Of a DNA stretch of 64,000 bases, positions 56,199 through 64,000 are shown one piece after another (the stretch's first letter is position 1; the number at the start of each line of letters is the position of its first letter). The position numbers and the translations under genes are program-made. The stretch is from a virus (lineage: Duplodnaviria > Caudoviricetes), in the IMG/VR virus record IMGVR_UViG_2891785506_000002, positions 2,420 to 66,419 of that record; one strand, written 5' to 3'. Below the pieces are notes generated by a model that made no database searches, was not told the origin of the DNA, and was given only the letters and a program-made list of their open reading frames with translations.

Positions 56199-57761
56199 TT
56201 ATTCATCGTAAACAAAACCTTCATTACCAGTTTCCACGTTCATGTCGCAAACCACCGGAACCGGACTCATCAAAGCATCCTGCGTCAACCCGTAAACCTT
56301 GTAATACACGGTTCCACCCACTTTCCTTTTATTATTCTTCCCGAAACCTAAATCCCGCAAGTGAGCCGCCAAAGTCTGCTTGCTCACCATCGGGAAACCG
56401 TTCTCCTCGGCATACCTCTCGATATCCTTGTACATGACCGAGAAATCAATCTCGCACCAAGAGTCATTCCTAACACCCTGCCGGGGCAAAGCGAAACATC
56501 CCCTCGCCATAGCCCACGACTTCCCTAGAGCCGATAACCCCATCTCCGTTATCTTTTTCCTTATACATCCCTCGCTCTCTGGAAACTTGAATTTATTCTT
56601 CTTCAAAAGAACCGCTCCCCTTCGTATCCAATTCAAAATACCCGGGTATTCCTTCATCAAATCGTGAGTCAATTGCAAATTCTGCTTTTTCTCGTCTATA
56701 ATCCGGTCAAAAACGATAAAAATAAACCTCCTGAAAAATCCAAAACTACTATCATTACCCGATGGGAACCTGTTAGCGTTGAAGATAAAATAGGGTATAT
56801 TCGTGATTTTGAAAGCATCATTACCTATCCTTCTCCCAAGCTGAGGTTCTCCGGATATCAAACTCTTGGCAGCATCCTCTTTCCCCGCGAAAGTCCTTGA
56901 CTCAACCTCCCCGCTCCAGTTAAATATCTTACCGTCTATCTGCGACAAATTCCTCTGCCTCTCGTCACCACCTCTCAATAACGCCTCCATGCTCAAATTG
57001 GATATATTCTCCCCTCCAAACACTCCCGTCACCGTATCCATGATAACACTCTTACCATTACTCCCATTACCGAACAAGACCAAGCTATTCTCCACCTTCT
57101 TGTCCATCGTACCCCTGTCATACAACCCCAAACCAAGAAACATTTGTAGTATAGCCCTGTCATTCTTGTCCGGCAAAACTCCTCCGGAATACTTGCCCAA
57201 ACCAACACACCTCCCCCTTAAAAACTCTTTCCACATCGGGCAATCTGCTGAAGGATCATAATCGTAGCCATGAAGGTAAACAACATGATGATCTTTGCTA
57301 AAAGGCATCAATACCCCGTCACTCATGTCTACAACACCGTTATTGAATGCCATCAAGTTAAAGCGAGGCTTCAACATCCTGTTATTATTCAACGCCTGAT
57401 AAGCCTCCTTGATAATATTATCGAGCGACTTCAATATAAAGTCAACTGGAACATGAACCTTGCCCAAGAATAACTTGATAGCCCTCCGGAAACAAGAGGT
57501 ACTCGGGATAGGCTCGTATACCTTGCCCGTGAAAAACCATATACCACCCTTGTACCTCCCAAACCCACTCCTCGAGATCGTTTTATAAACCGCCTCCGTC
57601 ACTTTATACAAGTTCTCGTAATAAACCCTCTGGTACTCCTTCGACGTCGGAGAACTCGTTATATCATAATCGTATTTCCCCGAACTTTCGTACAGGTTTT
57701 GTACCATATTGTCAATTAACCCGTTATCTACATCGTAATTCATAAAATATACACAAAACAA
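56199..57761 (-). CDS. D5/P4-primase-family SF3 helicase
   Basis: AFNNGVVD, YDYDP.ADCP.W..FL (D5_N), Walker A GNGSNGKS, FFRRFIFI.F. Confidence 0.88.
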   Translation of the reverse strand: MFCVYFMNYDVDNGLIDNMVQNLYESSGKYDYDITSSPTSKEYQRVYYENLYKVTEAVYKTISRSGFGRYKGGIWFFTGKVYEPIPSTSCFRRAIKLFLGKVHVPVDFILKSLDNIIKEAYQALNNNRMLKPRFNLMAFNNGVVDMSDGVLMPFSKDHHVVYLHGYDYDPSADCPMWKEFLRGRCVGLGKYSGGVLPDKNDRAILQMFLGLGLYDRGTMDKKVENSLVLFGNGSNGKSVIMDTVTGVFGGENISNLSMEALLRGGDERQRNLSQIDGKIFNWSGEVESRTFAGKEDAAKSLISGEPQLGRRIGNDAFKITNIPYFIFNANRFPSGNDSSFGFFRRFIFIVFDRIIDEKKQNLQLTHDLMKEYPGILNWIRRGAVLLKKNKFKFPESEGCIRKKITEMGLSALGKSWAMARGCFALPRQGVRNDSWCEIDFSVMYKDIERYAEENGFPMVSKQTLAAHLRDLGFGKNNKRKVGGTVYYKVYGLTQDALMSPVPVVCDMNVETGNEGFVYDE

Positions 57762-58819
57762 AAATTCTTACTCCCCTTTGATAAGATCAAATATCTTTAT
57801 TCAATTTATTTATTACACCACAAATATAACGTATATTTTATACAAATCAAAATATATAAATACTTACACACAATATATTATATGAATCAATTAAAGTATT
57901 ACTTCATATATATTTTTATACACGAAATGATACAAAACACGGAGAAAACAAAGTTGTTAATTTTCGTTTGGCAATGTAAACAATGATGACACTAAAAAAT
58001 AAGAAAAAAAATTTTTAGATGGGGTGAATAGCCCCGTTTCTCGTTATCTCGCAGGGGGGGGAGGGTACAGTATATTATATGTATAATATTCAAAATTAAA
58101 ATTATACACATATATGTACTAGCGTGTTATGTTTGCGCATTCGTGAATATTTTATGTACTTTTAGATATTTACAGGTGTTGTTTTAGACACTTTTTAGTC
58201 ACTTTGATAGACTGAAAACACATCGACGATAAAAGAGATTGAATCGAGGTAATCCATCCTTATATCTTCCTATATCATTATTCACGCCTTACATGCGTAT
58301 ATTATTGTTATACTCTTTGCATTGTGGAATGTTTGTAGATGTATTGCTTTATTATCCCGATGGAATGCTATAAATTACACATCTGATGCTGGCTATACAT
58401 TGTTGTGTATTATATTATCATTGTGTTATAATATTTGCCAAAAATAAGTGTTAAAATATCATTGATTTGGCATGTATGAAATAATTTAGAATGGTTCAAG
58501 ATAACCTTTCCCTCGTACGCTTAATTGTGTCGTGTTATAGGGCACTTATTACGAATGGTATCCGGTCTTATCTTTATAAAAATAGTGCGAATGGTGGTAT
58601 TTATTTGATTATACGTTTAAAATACGGTGTTATTGCATGGCATATATTTCTATACAACTGTATATCAATCAAATAACCATTAAAATATTTTGCTATTTTG
58701 CTACATTGTAGTATCTTTAAGTATAGAACAAAAGGAGATAACAAAATAGTTACTCTTTCGCCGGTCTTAAAGTTGTTCGCCGGTATATAAACAGGAAGCT
58801 TCGAACCGAATAAAGGTTG

Positions 58820-58883
58820 TATATCTTAATGCGGCTGCCATTGGTAACGGTTCCAAGCCCGTGATAACGCAGAGGAAGATATA
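58820..58883 (+). ncRNA. Twister ribozyme (type P1)
   Basis: P1 TATATCT/AGATATA, UAA, P2 TGCG/CGCA, P3 TGCC/GGTA, P4 ACGG/CCGT, L4 TTCCAAGC; pseudoknots TCC/GGA and GC/GC. Predicted cut U58827^A58828. Confidence 0.88.
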
Positions 58884-58949
58884 ATAAAAAAGGGGCAATG
58901 AAGCCCCGAACGTTACCGGCGTATTCCGGTAAACAAAATCCGTACTAAT

Positions 58950-59012
58950 ATGGAACTGACAATTTGTATTAGAGTTTGGAAAGTAAAGCTAACGATTAGC
59001 GTAAAGCTTTAA
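58950..59012 (+). CDS. 20-aa small ORF inside a long-range stem
   Basis: MELTICIRVWKVKLTISVKL; flanked by AAAATCCGT/ACGGATTTT. Confidence 0.4.
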   Translation: MELTICIRVWKVKLTISVKL

Positions 59013-59067
59013 TTCCAAAACCCCGGGTAAAACCGGGGACGGATTTTTGCAAATATACGAAATAATC

Positions 59068-59241
59068 ATGAAAACGTACACGAAAGCACAATTAATTAAA
59101 TCGGCTGTAAAAATGGGTTGCAATCCCTTGGAAGCCACCAATCGAATAAACAAAACTTATAACTATTACGTGACTTATAGAAGTGACTACAATTTGAAAA
59201 AAGCGGCTCATTATTGCATGTATATAGCACCTTGTAACTAA
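59068..59241 (+). CDS. Small hypothetical protein
   Basis: Likely start is ATG 59068 (MKTYTKAQLIK...). Confidence 0.55.
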   Translation: MKTYTKAQLIKSAVKMGCNPLEATNRINKTYNYYVTYRSDYNLKKAAHYCMYIAPCN

Positions 59242-59242
59242 T

Positions 59243-59286
59243 TCCCCGAACGGTTTACGCCCTTGGTTCGATTCCTGGGCGGGGAC
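59243..59286 (+). ncRNA. tRNA-minihelix-like element (acceptor-like stem + T-arm)
   Basis: TCCCCG/CGGGGA stem stacked on a stem with a TTCGATT loop. Confidence 0.45.
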
Positions 59287-59316
59287 AAATAATAATAACA
59301 ATTAAAATAAATAATC

Positions 59317-60486
59317 ATGAAACACTTTAAAAACATTAGCAGCATTGCGGAATTGAAAAAAGAGTATCGCAAACTAGCCCTAGCGAATCACCCGGACAAA
59401 GGAGGTAACACCGAGGTAATGCAAGAAATAAACGTTGAATTTGACGTACTTTTCAAGATCTGGAAAAACGAACCATCAAAAGATGATGAAGTAGAAACAG
59501 CAACGAGTGAAACAGCTAGCGAGTACCGGAGGAACTTTTACACGTCTAATGGTTGGGAAGGTAGCCGTTACGATTTTAGCTTAAGCACGAAAGACATTGC
59601 CGCCAGGGTAAGAGAATACGTTAAAATACAGTGGTCAGGATGGAAATTTAGCGTGCGTTGCAAATACGCGTCCATGTGTTCCGAAATCGTAGTTTATCTC
59701 AAGGGCGGACCGGTGGCAGATCCGCTATCTAGTGAAGGGAGAGAAAAAGGATATTATAACCCGCAAATCTCATACATGAAGGAAGAAGATAGTCGGTTAA
59801 ACGATCTAGTGAATGCCGTTATGCTGGACGTGAACGCCTATATAGACAGTTTCCGGTACGACGATAGCGACGGAATGATAGACTATTTCGATACCAATTT
59901 CTACAAGTTCGTTGAGGTCCGCTCGTCCGATTGGGAGGAAATACACAAAACAGCACGGGTGAAAGAAGCTAAAAAAGGGGTAATGGTTAGTGAGGATCAC
60001 GAGGAAGAAACGAACACGGTAACGGTTGAAGATATAGAAATCATCGATTACTCGGAAAAAGCGGTCGCTGTGTTTGGCAACACGAAAGCTATAAAAGAAG
60101 ATTTAAAACAGTTGGGAGGACGATTTAACCCGGCTTTGAAGTACGACGGCGGGAAGCGTGCCGGGTGGGTATTCTCGAAAAGTAAGCGCGAAGCACTGGT
60201 AAGCCTGTTAAAAGGGATTGACATGGACGAAAAGCCCAACGAGGGAAACGATATACAGTTAATTCCCAGCAGCCGAGAAGAACGCGCGAAAATGGATACC
60301 GTTGCTTTCACGGATTTTATCTCGTGTATTCAGAGAATAGCGATCGAAAACGGGTATTTACACGCTAGAAATCACGTGAAAGAAAAGCTAAAAAACTACT
60401 ATATGAAATTCGTGCAATTGAAATATATTGCCGTTATGCTGGCGGAATACAAGAAGAGGAGCAGTAATAACACGATGGCAGCTTAA
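59317..60486 (+). CDS. J-domain (DnaJ-like) multidomain 'polyvalent' protein
   Basis: ELKKEYRKLALANHPDKGG...MQEIN..F (J-domain with HPD); middle LPD29-like region (DIAARVR.YVK..W..WKFSVR); C-terminal YSEKAVAVFG.TK.IKE.LK.LGGRFN domain. Confidence 0.7.
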   Translation: MKHFKNISSIAELKKEYRKLALANHPDKGGNTEVMQEINVEFDVLFKIWKNEPSKDDEVETATSETASEYRRNFYTSNGWEGSRYDFSLSTKDIAARVREYVKIQWSGWKFSVRCKYASMCSEIVVYLKGGPVADPLSSEGREKGYYNPQISYMKEEDSRLNDLVNAVMLDVNAYIDSFRYDDSDGMIDYFDTNFYKFVEVRSSDWEEIHKTARVKEAKKGVMVSEDHEEETNTVTVEDIEIIDYSEKAVAVFGNTKAIKEDLKQLGGRFNPALKYDGGKRAGWVFSKSKREALVSLLKGIDMDEKPNEGNDIQLIPSSREERAKMDTVAFTDFISCIQRIAIENGYLHARNHVKEKLKNYYMKFVQLKYIAVMLAEYKKRSSNNTMAA

Positions 60487-60515
60487 TTTTAATAATAACC
60501 ACCCTTTGTTTGTAA

Positions 60516-60586
60516 GCCGTCCTGGCGGCATTAAATAGCTTTTAAGCCGGGAGCGTCCCGACCAGATTTGCCCGGTCGGGGGTAAG
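60516..60586 (+). ncRNA. Pistol ribozyme
   Basis: P1 GCCG/CGGC; loop TCCTGG pairs with CCGGGA (pseudoknot); conserved TTAAATAG and GCGT; P3 CCCGACC/GGTCGGG; P2 CTT/AAG. Predicted cut G60582^U60583. Confidence 0.88.
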
Positions 60587-60603
60587 AATTAAATTTTAAT
60601 ATC

Positions 60604-61566
60604 ATGGAAACAATTAAAGACACTGGAAATATAAATAGTGCTCTGTTTAACAATGGAGTGAGCGACCATACTATTATTGGTATGATAAATTCGGGGATGC
60701 TACCGGAAGAGATTAACGATATAGACGTTTTTAAGCGAGAATGGCGTAAAACATTCACGGGTAGTTTTTTGCTTAAATACCCGAGGTATTACGGGATAAT
60801 CAATACAATACGACGGATAGTTGGACGCCTCCCGGAATGGGATGATTTCACGAGGCAAAATATACGGGATATCTCGGAATACTTTAAAAATAATTGTTGC
60901 GGTAGTTCGGCACGGACATACACGGCTATGATCCGTTCCGTGCTGAATTATAACAGGGAAATAGCCAATATCCCGTGCAAAGATTTCGAGAACGAGTTAA
61001 GGGTGAAAAACGAGCCGCACGTGGCGATATACTTGACGGTGGACGAACTGTGCAAACTGGAAAGATTCAAGCCGGAAAACGAACGGGAAGAGGTTATTTT
61101 AGCGCAATTCCTTGTCGGATGTTATACCGGAGCCAGGCATTCGGATATCTTGTGCATGAACGAGGATAATATACAAGGAAAATATATAACCTACGTTAGC
61201 AAGAAAACGAAAATTCCGGCAACGATAGAACTGAAAAAAGGCCTTCCCAAGTTACTGGAAATAGCCGTTACCCGGGAGTATGCCGAATCTACTTTTAACG
61301 ACACGATAAAAGATATATGCCGGAAAGCGGGGATTGATAGTAAAGTGAAGGTTTTTAAAGCCGGGAAAAGCTTGACTGGGCACAAGTACCAGTTTGTTAG
61401 CAGCCACACTGCTAGACGGTCGTTTGCTTCCAATTTGGCAATTCTTGGAGTTCCCATCCGGGAAATACAATTGAGAATGGGTCATAGCAGTACAACCATG
61501 ACCGAGCGTTATATTTTGGCTCCGGTGAATAAATTACCCGAGTCAGCGAGAGAGTATTTCAAGTAA
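60604..61566 (+). CDS. Tyrosine recombinase (second, no arm-binding domain)
   Basis: YTGARHSD, KKTK, SSHTARRSFA, MGHSS..MTERY: R-K-H-R-H-Y catalytic set. Confidence 0.92.
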   Translation: METIKDTGNINSALFNNGVSDHTIIGMINSGMLPEEINDIDVFKREWRKTFTGSFLLKYPRYYGIINTIRRIVGRLPEWDDFTRQNIRDISEYFKNNCCGSSARTYTAMIRSVLNYNREIANIPCKDFENELRVKNEPHVAIYLTVDELCKLERFKPENEREEVILAQFLVGCYTGARHSDILCMNEDNIQGKYITYVSKKTKIPATIELKKGLPKLLEIAVTREYAESTFNDTIKDICRKAGIDSKVKVFKAGKSLTGHKYQFVSSHTARRSFASNLAILGVPIREIQLRMGHSSTTMTERYILAPVNKLPESAREYFK

Positions 61567-61598
61567 ATTATTAACTTTACAATTTAAATTTATAGAGT

Positions 61599-61739
61599 AT
61601 GCTAACGATTGGTGCGATAATATGGTTTATTATAATTCTGATCATTTTGGTAAACTTGATCGGGTGGGGTTCATTGATTTTCGTGGCTCTTTTTTTCTTG
61701 TTTTTCTTTATTAATTACAAAGGGAGGAAACAGGAATAA
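61599..61739 (+). CDS. Small hydrophobic membrane protein (46 aa)
   Basis: Manual translation MLTIGAIIWFIIILIILVNLIGWGSLIFVALFFLFFFINYKGRKQE. Confidence 0.45.
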   Translation: MLTIGAIIWFIIILIILVNLIGWGSLIFVALFFLFFFINYKGRKQE

Positions 61740-61885
61740 CTGTATTTCCCAAGAATCATTTTCTTGAGATAAATTCTATTTTATAAAATTTCATCCCCGA
61801 ATAAGTTCTATAATTCGGAATTATTTTGCGTATTTAGTGACAAAACTTACATATTGTTGAATAATATATTTAAGTATTATATATC

Positions 61886-61914
61886 TGCCCCGCTTTTGTA
61901 GCGGGGCTTTATTT
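61886..61914 (+). terminator. Intrinsic terminator
   Basis: GCCCCGC-TTTTGTA-GCGGGGC followed by TTTTATTTTT. Confidence 0.7.
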
Positions 61915-62054
61915 TTATACGTGGTTATTATTTGTATTGTGTATAAATAACAAATTTCCATGAAAATATTTTGATTTAATATATACTATTTCAAATAAAA
62001 GTTCTATATTTGCATTGTAGTTAAATCAATAGTAACAATCAAAAAATTAAAGCC

Positions 62055-62261
62055 ATGATGAACGCAGAATTTATAAACAAGGTTATTGAAGAAGTAAAAA
62101 CTTGGACTAAAGGTTACGAGGCAAAAGAAGAAAACGGTTTAGTTGTAGTTTATTTTAACGGGAAAGAAGTTGCTTTTATAAAGGATTACAAAGCAGATAG
62201 CGAAGAAGACGGGAATGAAAGTGAAGTTGAAACATTGCAGTGTTATTGCGACACTTTCTAA
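62055..62261 (+). CDS. Small acidic hypothetical protein
   Basis: 68 aa; promoter TATATTTG at about 62005. Confidence 0.55.
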   Translation: MMNAEFINKVIEEVKTWTKGYEAKEENGLVVVYFNGKEVAFIKDYKADSEEDGNESEVETLQCYCDTF

Positions 62262-62315
62262 TAAAAAAGCCGGGACATTATCCCGGCTAAATTGTAGTTA
62301 AATCATAGCAACGCC

Positions 62316-62507
62316 ATGAATCAGGACAAAGATACAAAAAAAAGGGGAGGCAAACGCCAAGGGGCTGGGAAAAAAGCCACTTGTGGAAAACCGATACTTT
62401 TCAAACCAGATTTAGACCTAGAAGAATTTATCCGGGCGCAAAAAAACGTGAATCGATTTATAAACGAAACGATTCGAGAAAGATTAGAACGTTCAAAAAA
62501 TATATAA
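62316..62507 (+). CDS. Small DNA-binding protein (RGG.R.GAGRK + RHH-like)
   Basis: KRGGKRQGAGKK...NRFINE.IRE. Confidence 0.6.
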   Translation: MNQDKDTKKRGGKRQGAGKKATCGKPILFKPDLDLEEFIRAQKNVNRFINETIRERLERSKNI

Positions 62508-62516
62508 TAAACTAAT

Positions 62517-62786
62517 ATGGACAAAAGAGAATTAATTAAAATAACCTCTGCTGAAACTGGGATATCGCAAACAGATGTACAAAGGGTTATAAACGTTGTT
62601 CTAGGTACAATTCTAAGTACTATAAAAAAAGAAGAGCCTGTTAAAATTATGGGATTCGGGACATTTTCGGTGCAAGTCCGAAAAGAGCGCAAAGGGTACG
62701 ATCTATGGGAAAAGAAATCTGTAGTTATTCCCGAGAGGAAAATTGTAAAATTCACTCCATCGAAATTAATAAAATTGCCAAAATAA
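62517..62786 (+). CDS. hup: HU/IHF-family DNA-binding protein
   Basis: MDKRELI..., V.IMGFGTFSV..RKERKG......K.VVIPERK.VKFTPS. Confidence 0.9.
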   Translation: MDKRELIKITSAETGISQTDVQRVINVVLGTILSTIKKEEPVKIMGFGTFSVQVRKERKGYDLWEKKSVVIPERKIVKFTPSKLIKLPK

Positions 62787-62818
62787 AGCGGGATTATCCT
62801 CCCGCTTTATTTATTTTC
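62784..62818. terminator. Bidirectional terminator between HU and integrase
   Basis: AATAAAGCGGGA-TTATCC-TCCCGCTTTATT. Confidence 0.7.
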
Positions 62819-64000
62819 CACTTGATTCAAGCAATCAATCACTTTGCGATTATTTTCATCTATCTGCCTCGTGTCATACCTAGCATATATATCCGTTACA
62901 TCAAAACTGCCATGTCCCAACATTTCGGCAACATCTTCTTTACTTATGTGCAACAATTTACGAGCGATAGTAGCGTGCGTGTGCCGGGCATGATAAAGCT
63001 TCAATCCAGGTTCGCCAATAACCTTCCCGATAACCTTTAAATTAAAATTAACATTAGCATTAAAAGCGTGCGTGCTCCTGTATCTCTTGTAAAAACTAAA
63101 CATTCTCTCGTCATCCTTGTATTTCTCGATTAACTCTAAAAGTTCCGGTTGTAAGCCTATGTCATAGCGTTTCCCGGTCTTGTTTCTTTTGTACACGCAT
63201 CGGCTCCCTTTCTTTAACTCGTATAAATCAGAAGAATTTATACCGATAAGATAAAATGTAGCCATGAATACATCTTTAGCAATCTCTATCGATTCGCATT
63301 TCGCCTGGTAGTCGCGAATAGCACGCATTTGCTCTATCGTCAATGGCATTGTATCCGACATCTTTTTGGATTCAATCTTATATTTACGGAACGGGTAAAC
63401 CGATATTAATTCATCATCCAAGGCGTCATTGAAAATTTTACGAATATTTCTTAAATGCAAGGATCTAGTGTTTAAAGAAGGGCAATCCTTTTTCAGCCAC
63501 TTGTCAAACGCCTTAATCCATGGCACATTCATTTCCTCGAAAGTAAGATCCACTCCACCATATTCCACGACTTTTTTTAGGGTTTCCGTGTATATTTCCC
63601 GGGTTCTTTCATTGTCCATTAAATCCAGAGCATTACGATAATATTCAGCAAAAATAACTTTATGATTCTCTTCTTCTTTCTTTTCCCTGGAAGAATCTAA
63701 AATATATTTTTTAAGTTCCGTAACGTTCATAGTTTCAATTTTCCCGTTTTGTTCTAGTTGCAAGATGCAACTCTGGACCTTGTTCATCGAACGCAATAAA
63801 TCCGCATTAATCAAGGAGGCATTAGGATAAGTTTTTTTCACTTCCATTCCTATTTTCCCTTTTACCCACATATCCCTCGGGATAGAAATTCCCATCGCCA
63901 TAGCCGTGGTCTTCCGGTTGCATGTCAAACGAATAATAACAGGATAAGTATTATCCTTTCGCTTGCTTCTCTCGTCAATAGTCAATACTGCTGATGCCAT
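62807..64000 (-). CDS. int: Phage integrase (tyrosine recombinase with arm-binding domain)
   Basis: N-terminal arm-binding domain (DN.YPVIIRLT..RK), SAM-like middle, catalytic GIN..DL, RNKT, YHARHT.ATIA, LGH......TDIYA. Confidence 0.93.
   Translation of the reverse strand: MASAVLTIDERSKRKDNTYPVIIRLTCNRKTTAMAMGISIPRDMWVKGKIGMEVKKTYPNASLINADLLRSMNKVQSCILQLEQNGKIETMNVTELKKYILDSSREKKEEENHKVIFAEYYRNALDLMDNERTREIYTETLKKVVEYGGVDLTFEEMNVPWIKAFDKWLKKDCPSLNTRSLHLRNIRKIFNDALDDELISVYPFRKYKIESKKMSDTMPLTIEQMRAIRDYQAKCESIEIAKDVFMATFYLIGINSSDLYELKKGSRCVYKRNKTGKRYDIGLQPELLELIEKYKDDERMFSFYKRYRSTHAFNANVNFNLKVIGKVIGEPGLKLYHARHTHATIARKLLHISKEDVAEMLGHGSFDVTDIYARYDTRQIDENNRKVIDCLNQVENK

Noticed and set aside
62787-62806. 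attP between HU and integrase
   Set aside because: The 20-bp gap is fully explained by a bidirectional terminator; no att core could be identified.
1-64000. Stop-codon reassignment
   Set aside because: Long genes are intact in the standard code and TAG, TGA and TAA all end genes; only one isolated in-frame TAA (28079) was seen.

Overview
The window is almost entirely one temperate, long-tailed (siphovirus-like) dsDNA phage or prophage of a Bacteroidota host. The host call rests on repeated TAnnTTTG/-33 TTTG promoters and Bacteroidales-type integrase, HU and tail genes. Layout: truncated XRE/CI repressor (1-303, -) and a divergent early operon (+, 471-20569) with RecE-like/RecT, a replication initiator with iterons, a C5 DNA methyltransferase, a PAPS-reductase-like gene and antirepressors; an NYN RNase moron; a minus-strand late region (unknown cassette, lysis, 2539-aa tail protein, Dit, tape measure, tail, head) interrupted by a Panacea toxin-antitoxin pair; terminase/portal (+); a D5-type helicase block (-); a ~1 kb AT-rich gap; a plus-strand operon (J-domain protein, second tyrosine recombinase, HU); and the integrase at the right edge. 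The most striking signal is non-coding RNA. (i) A twister and a pistol self-cleaving ribozyme, both with full base-pairing, punctuate one operon together with a tRNA-minihelix-like element. (ii) Two tRNA-like elements with a shared leader, one of them 184 nt, sit in the recombination operon. (iii) A P4-CI/P1-C4-like antisense arrangement precedes the antirepressors. (iv) A GAGG + terminator-hairpin leader precedes three late operons, next to an unannotated Com-like zinc-ribbon ORF. The methyltransferase carries an intein at its catalytic Cys and an out-of-frame internal ORF supplying motif IX. All family assignments come from motif recognition by eye; no database search or folding program was run.
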